A stretch of 64,000 nt of DNA from Chitinophagales bacterium (GCA_043758365.1 JAYVNQ010000229.1:339-64338), one strand, 5' to 3'; shown: positions 40,772 to 51,050, numbered from the stretch's first letter. Numbers and translations: made by a program. Notes: generated by a model from the sequence alone, not told the origin.

Positions 40772-41914
40772 ATGAATATAGGGTTTGATCTTAAAAATTT
40801 GTGGTTGTATGGAAAAGGCATAGGAAGCTTTACTACGGCCATCCTAAGGGATATAAATAACTATTCTACTAATAAAGCGGATAACCTCCAATTATTTTCT
40901 CCATCTTTTGATATTGAGGATCTTTCCTTCTTAAAGCAATCTAATAATTTCAGTACAATAGAAACCTTGCCACCAAGCAAGGAAAGCAAGTATGAAAAAG
41001 TACTATATGACCAAATAACACTTCTTAGGGCACTCAAAAATGCAAAATCAGATATACTATATTCTCCATATTTTGATGTGCCATTATTTTGGAATAAGCC
41101 TTTAATTACTACAATACACGATCTTAGTATATTTGAACTTGGTAATATTTATGGGCGAGGATATTTTATCTATAACAAAATGCTGCTTAAAAACGCGTTA
41201 AAAAAATCATCCTTCATAATAACTGTTTCAGAATATTCTAAAAAAAAAATTATTGATGTGTTTGGTTATGCAGAAGATAAAATATTTGTTTTCTATAATA
41301 AACTCCCAAATACTTTCACAAATTTCAGGATAAATTACAATAATGAACTTGAAAAAAAAATCAAGGAAAAATATTTACTCCCAAATGAGTTCATCCTTTA
41401 CACCGGGGGACTCGAAAAAAGAAAAAATATACCATTGTTATTTAAAGCCTTTAAAAAGGCCAGAAAGCTAGGAAAAGCGCCTTTGTTGGTAATAACAGGA
41501 GCAAAAACTATTGCGGAAGAAACACCCGAGTTCGCATATCTCCTTAATCAGAACGACATATTATTACTTGACTTACTGCCAAAAGAGTATATGCCCTACT
41601 TATACAACTTATGTACTTTAGTTATCAATACATCGTATTATGAAGGATTTGGCATCCCTATTCTCGAAGCAATAACAATGAACAAACCAATTCTCTGTTC
41701 CGATATTCCTGTATTTAAAGAAATTGGAAAAGATGCAGTTTTATATTTTAAAAATAATAATGCTGAAGATTTGACGCTTAAAATTATTGATTTTTTTTTG
41801 TGCCAAGGAAAACATATCGAAACAGATACCCTTAATAAAGTTTCTTCGCTTTTTAACAACCAATCGTATGCATCTATTTTTTTTGACTTAATTCATCAAT
41901 CCACACAACAATAA
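40772..41914 (+). CDS. Glycosyltransferase family 4
   Basis: TIHDL, ITVSEYSK, RKNIP and SYYEGFGIPILEA motifs. Confidence 0.92.
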   Translation: MNIGFDLKNLWLYGKGIGSFTTAILRDINNYSTNKADNLQLFSPSFDIEDLSFLKQSNNFSTIETLPPSKESKYEKVLYDQITLLRALKNAKSDILYSPYFDVPLFWNKPLITTIHDLSIFELGNIYGRGYFIYNKMLLKNALKKSSFIITVSEYSKKKIIDVFGYAEDKIFVFYNKLPNTFTNFRINYNNELEKKIKEKYLLPNEFILYTGGLEKRKNIPLLFKAFKKARKLGKAPLLVITGAKTIAEETPEFAYLLNQNDILLLDLLPKEYMPYLYNLCTLVINTSYYEGFGIPILEAITMNKPILCSDIPVFKEIGKDAVLYFKNNNAEDLTLKIIDFFLCQGKHIETDTLNKVSSLFNNQSYASIFFDLIHQSTQQ

Positions 41915-41919
41915 GCGAT

Positions 41920-42903
41920 ATGCCAATGGTTTCTGTATTGATTACAGTATATAATGATGAAAATAACATAGCTAATGCGATTAAAAGTATTTTAAATCAA
42001 TCGTTTCAAGATTTTGAGATTATTGTTATTAATGATGGTTCTACTGATGGCACATTAAAGGTGCTTGAAGAGTTGAAAAAAAATAATAATGAAAAAATTC
42101 ATATTTTTAATCAACAAAACCAAGGAACAGCTATGGCTGCTAATAGCGGAATTAAACTTTGCGGCGGTAAATACATCGCAAGATTAGATTCTGATGATGT
42201 TTCTTACGATAATAGACTTGAAATTGAAGTAGATTTTTTGGAAAAAAATCCAGATATAGGTTTGGTAGGTGGCGGATGCCATATAACCGATAATGCTGGA
42301 AGAATTATAGGGAAAAGGAATATACATACCAATAAGCCGTATAAAACACTTATAAATAGATGTATCTATCAACAAAGTGATATAATGTTCCGAAAGGATA
42401 TATTAAGTAAGATAGATGGCGATCCATATAGGTCTAAATTCAAAGGAGCCGAAGATTATGATTTGTGGCTAAGAGTTAGTGAAATATCTAAAATAGTTAA
42501 GCTGGATACAATGCTAGGTATATGGCGTTTAAATGGTGGTGGTTATACGCTATCAAGAAAAAAAGAACAGTTGGAAGCAATAAAGGAATTGAGAAAAATG
42601 GCAAAAGGAAGAAGGAAAGGTAAAAAAGATTGGTACGATGCTTTTACACCCCAAATAAAAGATGTTAGGCATAGAACGCAAATAAGTATGGCTGAATACG
42701 ACTTATGTGTTGCACAAGTATTAATAAAAGAGTTACGGCTAAGGGATGCTAGGGAACAACTTTTCAAGCATAGAAAAGTGCAGGATGATTGGCAAACAGT
42801 AAAAAGATGGTATTGCCTAACGTTCCTACCCAAGCTTCTTCTTTACTGTTTATTTTCAATAAGAGAATTTGTTTTGACCAATACTTCTTTAGAGTTTAGG
42901 TAG
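41920..42903 (+). CDS. Glycosyltransferase family 2
   Basis: VSVLITVYN, INDGSTD, ARLDSDD and AEDYDLWLR motifs. Confidence 0.92.
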   Translation: MPMVSVLITVYNDENNIANAIKSILNQSFQDFEIIVINDGSTDGTLKVLEELKKNNNEKIHIFNQQNQGTAMAANSGIKLCGGKYIARLDSDDVSYDNRLEIEVDFLEKNPDIGLVGGGCHITDNAGRIIGKRNIHTNKPYKTLINRCIYQQSDIMFRKDILSKIDGDPYRSKFKGAEDYDLWLRVSEISKIVKLDTMLGIWRLNGGGYTLSRKKEQLEAIKELRKMAKGRRKGKKDWYDAFTPQIKDVRHRTQISMAEYDLCVAQVLIKELRLRDAREQLFKHRKVQDDWQTVKRWYCLTFLPKLLLYCLFSIREFVLTNTSLEFR

Positions 42904-42906
42904 TAT

Positions 42907-44058
42907 ATGAATATTGCAATTATTTTGGAAGCAACACTGGGAGGTACAAGAAAACATGTGCTTGACTTGCTTGAGGCATTAGATAAGGATAAAACAAACC
43001 AATATTGTTTTGTTTATTCCTCAAAGAGGGCAGATTCAATATTTACAGAAACAATGGCTTCTAATCCTTTCAAACAAATAAAATTATTAGAACTGCCACT
43101 AAGCAATAGTCTATTCTCTTTTTTTAAAAATGTATACTTGTTAAGAAGATTTTTTAAAAAAAATAAAATTCATTTATTGCACTTGCATGGTGCCATAGCG
43201 GGTGCAATTGGCAGAGTAGCAGGTATGAAGTTAGGGACAATTCATAAAATTGTTTATTCCCCACACGGTGGGGTGTTACATAAGATTAATGGGAGTATAA
43301 TAGGAAAATTTTATCAAGTTGTTGAAAAATGGCTTGTATTTGATAAATGTTTTTTTATAGCAGTATCAACCAATGAAAAAGAGGAGATAGTAAGTAAATT
43401 AAATGTTGCAATTTCAAAGATCAGAATTATACCCAATGGCATTTCGCTTTTTGATAAGATACCATTGTTAATATCTGCTAGTGCAATTCAAAAGGAACGT
43501 GAATTGAAAGGCTTTTGCGAGGATGACTTGTTATTAATATATCCTGCACTTTTTCTTGAGGCAAAAGGGCATGTCAATTTCGTAAACGCAGTTATAAATG
43601 GCATTCATAAGCTAGAAAAACGGGTAAAAATAATCTTTACTGGTGATGGACCATTAGAAAATAGTATAAGGCAAATAGTAAACACCGCTGGTCTATCCCA
43701 ACATTTTTTCTTTGAGGGCTTCGTTACAAATATTAATCTCTATTATCAAATATGCGATGCGGTCATACTTATGTCAAATAGCGAGGCGTTTGGCTATGTA
43801 TTATTAGAGGCAATGAAATTTAAGAAGCCAATATTTGCAACAAGTGTTGGTGGGATAAAAGATATTGTTCAAAGTGGTAGAAACGGCAAACTTTATAATC
43901 CTATGAAATTACATGAATTAGTACCAGATTTGAATTGGTACTCATATAATAAAGAATTATTAAAGGTAATGGGAAGTATTGGGCATGAAATTTTGGAAGA
44001 TAAGTTTAAGCTTGACGCCTCAATATCAGCCATTAGAAGAATTTACGAAGAATACTAA
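42907..44058 (+). CDS. Glycosyltransferase family 4
   Basis: GGTRKHV, VYSPHG, IPNGI, GDGPL and SEAFGYVLLEAM motifs. Confidence 0.92.
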   Translation: MNIAIILEATLGGTRKHVLDLLEALDKDKTNQYCFVYSSKRADSIFTETMASNPFKQIKLLELPLSNSLFSFFKNVYLLRRFFKKNKIHLLHLHGAIAGAIGRVAGMKLGTIHKIVYSPHGGVLHKINGSIIGKFYQVVEKWLVFDKCFFIAVSTNEKEEIVSKLNVAISKIRIIPNGISLFDKIPLLISASAIQKERELKGFCEDDLLLIYPALFLEAKGHVNFVNAVINGIHKLEKRVKIIFTGDGPLENSIRQIVNTAGLSQHFFFEGFVTNINLYYQICDAVILMSNSEAFGYVLLEAMKFKKPIFATSVGGIKDIVQSGRNGKLYNPMKLHELVPDLNWYSYNKELLKVMGSIGHEILEDKFKLDASISAIRRIYEEY

Positions 44059-44059
44059 A

Positions 44060-44584
44060 ATGAGTATAGTTGCAATACACGAAAAAGTTCCTAAAGAGAT
44101 AAAAAAAGTTCTGTTGAGGGCTTTTGTATTATTTGTGGCATGGAAACTAATTTATCATCTACTTCTTTCCCCAAATCATGTGGTTGATAGGAACCTTAAC
44201 TTGACTACCGCCAAAGGAACTGCATTAATTTATAAAGCAATTCACACTAGTGCATATATCAATACTTCACTTGAAATTAATGATAGAGCTGCTATGTATG
44301 TAAATGGAAGAAAGAGCCTTACCATTTCTGACCCATGTAATGGCCTTGAATTAATAGTTGTATACTTTTTTTACCTGCTTTGCCTTTTGAAGAATATTAA
44401 ATGGTTTCTTACTTTTGCAACTCTAGGTATTGCCACCATTTATGTTCTAAATTGTATCAGATGTTATTTTCTATTATCTCTCGTAGGCACAAATGTCTTT
44501 GATATGATGCACCACTATATTTTCAATACAATTATGTATATACTGATTTTTGTTAGTTGGACTATTTATACAAATAAACAGTAA
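44060..44584 (+). CDS. Exosortase/archaeosortase family protein (Bacteroidota short form)
   Basis: Cys-Arg-His triad candidates ISDPCNGLE, LNCIRC and MHHYIF in a small multi-TM protein; start at ATG 44060. Confidence 0.8.
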   Translation: MSIVAIHEKVPKEIKKVLLRAFVLFVAWKLIYHLLLSPNHVVDRNLNLTTAKGTALIYKAIHTSAYINTSLEINDRAAMYVNGRKSLTISDPCNGLELIVVYFFYLLCLLKNIKWFLTFATLGIATIYVLNCIRCYFLLSLVGTNVFDMMHHYIFNTIMYILIFVSWTIYTNKQ

Positions 44585-44587
44585 TAA

Positions 44588-44977
44588 ATGAAGTTGCCTA
44601 AAAGATTTTGTATTGCACTATTACTAATTCTTACCATAAATTTTTTTTCTTTTTTTTTTCTTTACGAGGATAATTCTATTAAAAAAATCAACGAATTATA
44701 TAGATTTTCCCTCCAGTTTCTTTTAGTTGGTGTAGTAGGTGTAATTGGTTATTGGTATGTAAAAACAACTTCTATCTCAATACTTAAATTCGCTTGGATA
44801 CTTATCTATTCATTTTCTCTTAGTTTTTTTATAGTAATAGGACTATTGGCTTTGAATAAAACTATAATTTCATCTAATCTTCGAACAATGATTGCGAATA
44901 CTCGTTTTTTTCTCTTAAGTCCTTTACCACTATTTTGTTACTATGTTTTGGGATTAAATACCAAGCAAAGACCCTAA
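44588..44977 (+). CDS. Small membrane protein, probably exosortase-associated
   Basis: 129 aa, 3-4 TMs with a C-terminal SPLP, directly after the exosortase. Confidence 0.6.
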   Translation: MKLPKRFCIALLLILTINFFSFFFLYEDNSIKKINELYRFSLQFLLVGVVGVIGYWYVKTTSISILKFAWILIYSFSLSFFIVIGLLALNKTIISSNLRTMIANTRFFLLSPLPLFCYYVLGLNTKQRP

Positions 44978-45309
44978 AATTTTATCTTCATTAACCTTAA
45001 ATTATTTTATCGTTCAATAGTTATATAAATAAAAATTAATTTATTAGGTCAAAAAAAATTGAATGTTAGTATAATAAAGCTAGATAAAACTGTCATTTTA
45101 ACTACAAAATATCGATTTATCTAACTTCGAAATTTTAATGAATTACCATAATATAATTAAAATAAATAGTATATTTCATAAATAAATCATTTCATTAATT
45201 CAATGAATATAAAAAAAGTTTCATTATTCAGTTTTTTTGAAAGTACATTTACACTTTAAATAATGTACATACTTACAAACTACTGCTTACAAGTATGTAA
45301 ATAATTTTT

Positions 45310-45470
45310 GGTACTGATTCAAAATGTATGCTCTATAAAAAGTTGGTGGCCGTCACTGCGAGGTACGAAGCAGTCTAGGTGCAAAATAACATTGCTTCGT
45401 GCCTCGCAATGACGGTTATAGTTACACAAATTACTTGCAAATTCAACAGCATACATTTTGAACCACTACC
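45310..45470. mobile_element. MITE with IS1-like terminal inverted repeats and an 8 bp target-site duplication
   Basis: TIRs GGTACTGATTCAAAATGTATGCT and GGTAGTGGTTCAAAATGTATGCT (reverse complement) match 21/23; TAATTTTT is repeated directly at 45302-45309 and 45471-45478. Confidence 0.85.
45350..45415. repeat. GC-rich palindromic (REP/RPE-like) element nested in the MITE
   Basis: CCGTCACTGCGAGGTACGAAGCAGT-16 nt-ATTGCTTCGTGCCTCGCAATGACGG; 25 bp arms with 22 Watson-Crick pairs and 2 G-T. Confidence 0.85.
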
Positions 45471-45493
45471 TAATTTTTAAAATTTCAATAATT

Positions 45494-46219
45494 ATGTTGG
45501 AAAAAATTTTGTCAAGTAAAATTGAACGGGGTCAGATTTTAAAATTAGTAAGCACCCAAATTAATGACACTAATATAGAAGACGTCCTTTTATTGAAGGC
45601 CGCCTTAATAAATAGAAATTTATTTAAACGCACAGCCGATATTATGATAGCATTATTCTTGATAATCTTCATTTTTAGTTGGCTATTTCCTATAATAGCA
45701 ATAGTTATAAAGGTTTCTTCAAAAGGATCTATTTTTTTCTTTCAAAAACGAGAAGGTATCAATCGAAAAGTGTTCGATTGTATTAAATTTAGAACAATGT
45801 TTTCTAATAGTGAAGATATTGATGCAAATGGAAAGTATCAACAAGCTACTTATAACGATAGACGCATCACTAAGGCCGGTGCTTTTTTACGAAAAACAAG
45901 CATAGATGAATTGCCACAAATATTTAACGTTTTAAAGGGAGATATGTCAATAGTTGGTCCAAGACCACATCCAATCCCATTAAATAGAGAATCTGAGAAG
46001 GTAATAGTTGGGTATAATTTGAGACACCTTGTTAAACCCGGTATTACAGGTTTGGCACAAGTGAATGGTTTCCGTGGTGAAACGAAAGAAATAATGTTAA
46101 TGAAAAAGAGGGTTGAAAATGATATTAAATACATTAAAGAATGGGGGAAATTCTCAGACGTATTGATCTCCTTTAAAACTGCAAAGAATATATTATTTAA
46201 AAAAAATGATGCTTTTTAG
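45494..46219 (+). CDS. Priming sugar-phosphate transferase (Bac_transf; short WcaJ/WbaP-like)
   Basis: KRTADI, KFRTM, FLRKTSIDELPQ, GDMSIVGPRPH and VKPGITGLAQV motifs. Confidence 0.92.
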   Translation: MLEKILSSKIERGQILKLVSTQINDTNIEDVLLLKAALINRNLFKRTADIMIALFLIIFIFSWLFPIIAIVIKVSSKGSIFFFQKREGINRKVFDCIKFRTMFSNSEDIDANGKYQQATYNDRRITKAGAFLRKTSIDELPQIFNVLKGDMSIVGPRPHPIPLNRESEKVIVGYNLRHLVKPGITGLAQVNGFRGETKEIMLMKKRVENDIKYIKEWGKFSDVLISFKTAKNILFKKNDAF

Positions 46220-46476
46220 TTTGTTTTTTATTTCTAATAAATTCTCTAAGTTTTGAAATACGAAATGAATAAAGTGTTGCTTTTAGAAGACTTGATTCTC
46301 CCAAAAGCAATCCAACTTTGAAAATTCGGTTATTAAGTTTAATTTGTTTTTGAAAATATAATAAGCAAACTTCCATGCTAAAAATATAACAAGTGCGCTA
46401 AATAAAAACCTTTGCAACTCAGAAGTTCGAACATAAATATAAGTACTAATTCAATTTTGCAGCGTACTTTTACTCG

Positions 46477-46911
46477 ATGCTAATCCCCGTCATCAACACT
46501 TCTCCTCACCCTACTCCCTCATACGCTACAGTTGGTTCTTCGGGCATGGATATTAGAGCGAATATCCAGCAACCTATTATTCTTCAACCATTAGAACGTC
46601 TATTAATTCCTACGGGGTTATTCATTCAATTATCCGAAGGTTTAGAAGCGCAAGTTAGACCTAGAAGTGGCCTAGCACTAAAGCATGGTATTACGTGTTT
46701 AAATAGCCCTGGTACTGTTGATGCAGATTATCGTGGTGAAATAAAAGTCATTCTAATAAACTTATCCAACGAACCACAAACGATTAATAATGGTGATAGA
46801 ATTGCCCAAATGGTGATTCAAAAAGTAGAAAAGATTGAATGGCAATTGGTAGAAAATATTAACCAAACTGATAGAGGGCAAGGTGGCTTTGGAAGTACAG
46901 GAAAACTATAA
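46477..46911 (+). CDS. dut: dUTP diphosphatase
   Basis: [24 protein letters not shown] and [10 protein letters not shown] motifs. Confidence 0.96.
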   Translation: MLIPVINTSPHPTPSYATVGSSGMDIRANIQQPIILQPLERLLIPTGLFIQLSEGLEAQVRPRSGLALKHGITCLNSPGTVDADYRGEIKVILINLSNEPQTINNGDRIAQMVIQKVEKIEWQLVENINQTDRGQGGFGSTGKL

Positions 46912-46920
46912 CTTAGCCGC

Positions 46921-47739
46921 ATGAAAAATTTTACTGTAATTCTTTCTTTTATAGCAATAACAATAGCTTGTAAATCGGTTAAGAAAGTGCAAATAGTAAA
47001 TGCAGCTATTGCCAAGAAAGATACCGTACAAACAGTGGTTATTAAAGAAGCTGAGAGGGTTGATTCCGCTGCCATTGTAAGAGAAATAATGAGTAAAGTA
47101 GGAAAGGGGAAAATTAATTTCTCAACCTTTAATGCCAAGCTTAAAGTTGATTACGAAGGGCAGGAAACTAGCCAAAATGTAACGGCATATCTAAGCATGA
47201 AAAAAGATAGTGTCATTTATGTTAGGCTTACTGTACCAATTATAGGTACTGTTGCACAAATAATAGTTACAAAAGACAGTGTGTTTTTATTGAACCCTAA
47301 AAAAAATACTGTTCAATACCGGTCAATAAATTACTTGCAAGAGGCTACTCAAATTCCGTTTGACTTTTACACATTGCAGGATGTAATTATTGGCAATCCC
47401 ATTTTTTTAAGTAGAAATGTAGTTGCTTATAAATCTACTGATCAGCAGTTATTGGTTAATATGGTTGGCAAAATATTTAAGCATTTAATAACTTTAGATA
47501 ATACCGATTTTAAGCCATTGCATAGCAAGTTGGATGATATAGATCCGATGCAAAATCGTACTTGCGACATTACCTTTAGTGAGTATGAAACCAAAGGGGA
47601 TATTCAGTTTGCCACGTATAGAAGTATATCAGTTTCTCAAAAATCCAAGCTAGATATTTACCTAAACTTTAAAGATTATAAGTTTAATGAACCGTTAAAC
47701 TATGTTTTCGTAATACCTAAAAATTATAAACGTCTATAA
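46921..47739 (+). CDS. DUF4292 family lipoprotein
   Basis: Lipobox TIAC; MKKDSVI, DFYTLQD..IGNP and C-terminal IPKNYK; sits between dut and the M23 gene as expected for this family. Confidence 0.8.
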   Translation: MKNFTVILSFIAITIACKSVKKVQIVNAAIAKKDTVQTVVIKEAERVDSAAIVREIMSKVGKGKINFSTFNAKLKVDYEGQETSQNVTAYLSMKKDSVIYVRLTVPIIGTVAQIIVTKDSVFLLNPKKNTVQYRSINYLQEATQIPFDFYTLQDVIIGNPIFLSRNVVAYKSTDQQLLVNMVGKIFKHLITLDNTDFKPLHSKLDDIDPMQNRTCDITFSEYETKGDIQFATYRSISVSQKSKLDIYLNFKDYKFNEPLNYVFVIPKNYKRL

Positions 47740-47796
47740 TTTATTTGCATCTTCAACGTTATAAAGTTTACCTGTTTATCCGTTAAAAATTAATAG

Positions 47797-49182
47797 ATGC
47801 TACAAAAGTTGTTGATTCTTTTTCTTTGTATAGGTTTTAGTGCCAAAATCGCAACAGCACAACAGGGTAGTCGCGATGAATTACAAAAGCAACAACAACA
47901 ATTACAAAGAGAAATTACCGAACTTAATAATGAGTTAGCTTCTATAAAGGGTAATAAAAAAGCTGCGTTAAGGGCATATCAAGCAGTACAAAATAAAATT
48001 AAAGCACGGGAAAGTCTTATTAATAACATTAATAAAGATGTGAAGATTTTGGAAGAAACTTTGTTTTTAAATGAGCGTGAAATTTATAGGTTAAATAAAG
48101 AATTAGACACACTGAAAATTAATTACGGGAAGAGTTTAGTATTTGCTTATAAAAATAGAGGCAGTAATGAATATTTAAACTTCCTGTTTTCAGCACAAGA
48201 TTTTAATGATGCCATTAAGCGTATGGCTTATTTGAAAAGCTATCGTCAAAATAGGGAAACGCAAGCCCAAACCATCAACAAAACCCAAAATTTGCTGCAG
48301 GAAACAATGGGTAAACTTACCAATAATCGTAACGAAATGAAGGGTGCGTTGCAAACGCAGAATAACCAACTAAAAGTATTGGAAGATGATAAAGTAGAGA
48401 AAGACCAAGTTATTACACAATTAAAGGATCAAGAAAAAGATGTATCAGCACAAATAACCAAACGCCAAAAAGAAAATCAAAAATTGGCCAGTGCCATTAA
48501 AGCTGCGGTAAGGCGTGAAATTGAAGATGCGCAACGTAGGGAAAGAGAAAGATTGGTAAGATTGAAAGCGGCTAGTATTGAAGAGCAAAAGCGTGAAAAA
48601 GAGCGAGCCGATAGAGAACGACAAGATGCCATAGCCAGAAGCAATGCAACTAAATCCGGCAACAATAAATCGAAGTCAGCCGAGGAAGCAACAACTGGTG
48701 TTACATCTAATAAAAATATTGATAGAACAGCCAGTGTTTTTGAATCGACACCTGTGGGATTAACAATGAGTTTAAATTTTGAAAATAACAGAGGCAAATT
48801 GCCCTGGCCAGTTGATGGTGGTTCTGTCACTGCAGAATTTGGTATTCAAACTATTCCGGGCACAAAACTAAAAGCAGATAATAACGGTATTTTTATTACT
48901 ACAAATGTTGGCGCTTCTGTAAAATGTATTGCCAATGGCGAGGTAAGTTCTGTATTTGATTTAGAAGGTGAGTACCAAGCAGTGCTTGTAAAACATGGTA
49001 AATATTTTACTGTTTATAATCACCTCTCATCTGTAAATGTAAGTAAGGGGCAAGAGGTAAAAGCAGGAACAGTACTTGGAAAAGTTGGTGCTAATTTTCA
49101 AAACGATGGCGAGTTTGAATTGGAAGTAATGAACGAAAGGCAACAATATCAAAACCCTCGCAACTGGTTAAAACACAAGTAA
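47797..49182 (+). CDS. Murein hydrolase activator EnvC-like (coiled coil + M23 domain)
   Basis: Signal peptide, long coiled coil, RGKLPWPV, HGKYFTVY.HL and NP..WL; metal ligands degenerate. Confidence 0.88.
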   Translation: MLQKLLILFLCIGFSAKIATAQQGSRDELQKQQQQLQREITELNNELASIKGNKKAALRAYQAVQNKIKARESLINNINKDVKILEETLFLNEREIYRLNKELDTLKINYGKSLVFAYKNRGSNEYLNFLFSAQDFNDAIKRMAYLKSYRQNRETQAQTINKTQNLLQETMGKLTNNRNEMKGALQTQNNQLKVLEDDKVEKDQVITQLKDQEKDVSAQITKRQKENQKLASAIKAAVRREIEDAQRRERERLVRLKAASIEEQKREKERADRERQDAIARSNATKSGNNKSKSAEEATTGVTSNKNIDRTASVFESTPVGLTMSLNFENNRGKLPWPVDGGSVTAEFGIQTIPGTKLKADNNGIFITTNVGASVKCIANGEVSSVFDLEGEYQAVLVKHGKYFTVYNHLSSVNVSKGQEVKAGTVLGKVGANFQNDGEFELEVMNERQQYQNPRNWLKHK

Positions 49183-49198
49183 AATTTGTAAGCAAATA

Positions 49199-49238
49199 AA
49201 ACAAGAAAGCCGCTCAAAATTGAGCGGCTTTCTTGTTT
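49199..49238. terminator. Bidirectional intrinsic terminator
   Basis: Perfect inverted repeat AAACAAGAAAGCCGCTCAA / TTGAGCGGCTTTCTTGTTT between convergent genes. Confidence 0.88.
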
Positions 49239-49283
49239 ATAAAATCTTCAAAGTCTTTTTTAAACCCTCAAGATTTTAATAAA

Positions 49284-50936
49284 TTATTTAAACATTGCTG
49301 GGTGCATTTCATCCCAGCCCGTAGCATTTTGATAGGCTTTAGCTGCACTTAAAATCGTGGCTTCATCGTACAGTTTACCAATAAAAGTGATACTAGTTGG
49401 TGTGTTGAAACGTTTATCAAAACCAGTAGGTACAACAACAACGGGATGCCCCGTTAAATTTGTAATAGCGGTTTGATTGCCACCACCTCTTGTAGGGCAA
49501 ATAATCACATCAAACTGATTAACCACTTCGTTTACTTTTTGCATTAATAAATAGCGATGACGGTTAGCATTAATATACTCAACAGCAGGCATTAAACGAG
49601 CTACACGAAAGGCATTTGGCCAATCGTATTTTGCTTGCCAAGTCATTTCATCATCTATATTATTGCGGGTAAAATCATCAAAAGCGGCAGCACATTCAGC
49701 ACTAATTACCACATCCATAATATTAAAATTGTAAACCCCACTATCAGGAAAATTTACCGGAATTAATTGCACACCCATTTTTTTAAAATCATTCAACACC
49801 TTCCATTCGGTTCGGCTCGTATCAGTTATTTTATCGTAATAATTTTTGGCATAACCCACTTTCATTTTCTTTACATCAGCAGTTGGCTTATAGTTAAATG
49901 GTCTGTTCACGGCGCAGGCATCTTTATTATCTGTGCCATGCAAATACGCAAAAACTACGGCTGCATCCTCTGCACTTCTACAAATTGGGCCAGCTTTATC
50001 AAGGCTCCAACTCAAGGTCATTGCACCACTTCTACTCACACTTCCAAAGGTTGGTCGCAAGCCAGTAGCACCACACGTAGATGATGGTGAAACAATGCTG
50101 CCCCAGGTTTCTGTACCTATGGCAAATGGCACTAAACCCGCTACCGTTGCAGAGGCAGAACCAGCAGAAGAACCCGATGAACCGAACCGCAAATTCCAAG
50201 GATTTTTTGTTTGTCCACCAAACCATTTATCGCCTTGTGCCAATGCACCTAAGGTTAGTTTTGCTATTAATACGGCACCAGCATTTTTAAGTTGTGTGTA
50301 CACAAATGCATCTTCATCTATCACCTGATTTTTATAAGGTGCGGCACCCCAAGTAGTCTTGTAACCCTTTACAGCAAACAAATCTTTTAAGCCATAAGGT
50401 ATGCCTTGTAATGGACTTTTGTAAATGCCTTTTGCCAATGCTACATCGGCTTGTTTGGCTTGTAGCATAGCCGTATCTTCTGTAATGGTAATCACACATT
50501 GTAACGAGTCCCCATATTTTTTCAATCGCTCAATAAAGAATTTGGTTAGCTCTACAGAACTAATTTTTTTATTTTTAATGAGCGAAGCGAGTTGTAAAAT
50601 ATTATAAAAAGCCAAGTCATTTTTATTAGCAGGTAGTTGCACATTAGCAGGAATATTCCAGTTAATAACCTCTTGTTTTTCAGAAAACTTCATACCTGGC
50701 AATACGGGACTTTGCCACAAACTCATAGGTACGCTGTTGTTTAATGATAGCTTGTGTTGCAGTTTGTAACCATCATAATTATCCTTCACGCCATCGTACA
50801 TGGTATCAATTTCTTTTTGGGTAAAATTGATGTCGATGAGTTTGGCAGCACTTTTTAAATCTTGCTTAATAAGGGTGTCTTGTGCAAATGATTGTATGCC
50901 TAACAATAAGGCAATTGGTAGTAGTAATTTTCTCAT
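49284..50936 (-). CDS. Secreted amidase-signature family enzyme
   Basis: GIPYGLKDL, SGSSAGSA and IGTETWGSI motifs; signal peptide from MRKLLLP. Confidence 0.9.
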   Translation of the reverse strand: MRKLLLPIALLLGIQSFAQDTLIKQDLKSAAKLIDINFTQKEIDTMYDGVKDNYDGYKLQHKLSLNNSVPMSLWQSPVLPGMKFSEKQEVINWNIPANVQLPANKNDLAFYNILQLASLIKNKKISSVELTKFFIERLKKYGDSLQCVITITEDTAMLQAKQADVALAKGIYKSPLQGIPYGLKDLFAVKGYKTTWGAAPYKNQVIDEDAFVYTQLKNAGAVLIAKLTLGALAQGDKWFGGQTKNPWNLRFGSSGSSAGSASATVAGLVPFAIGTETWGSIVSPSSTCGATGLRPTFGSVSRSGAMTLSWSLDKAGPICRSAEDAAVVFAYLHGTDNKDACAVNRPFNYKPTADVKKMKVGYAKNYYDKITDTSRTEWKVLNDFKKMGVQLIPVNFPDSGVYNFNIMDVVISAECAAAFDDFTRNNIDDEMTWQAKYDWPNAFRVARLMPAVEYINANRHRYLLMQKVNEVVNQFDVIICPTRGGGNQTAITNLTGHPVVVVPTGFDKRFNTPTSITFIGKLYDEATILSAAKAYQNATGWDEMHPAMFK

Positions 50937-51050
50937 AATGCCTAAAGTAGGCATTATTTTAATACGGGCGAACTGGCTTAACAAATAACGGTTATTATTA
51001 TATAAATGGTTAAGCAGAATGGAGTTTTTTAGTAATATTTTTCTTTGAAA

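Noticed and set aside
46911-46921. No TPR gene between dut and DUF4292, where I recall one in other Bacteroidota
   Set aside because: Based on recall only; no remnant or scar is visible in the 9 nt gap.
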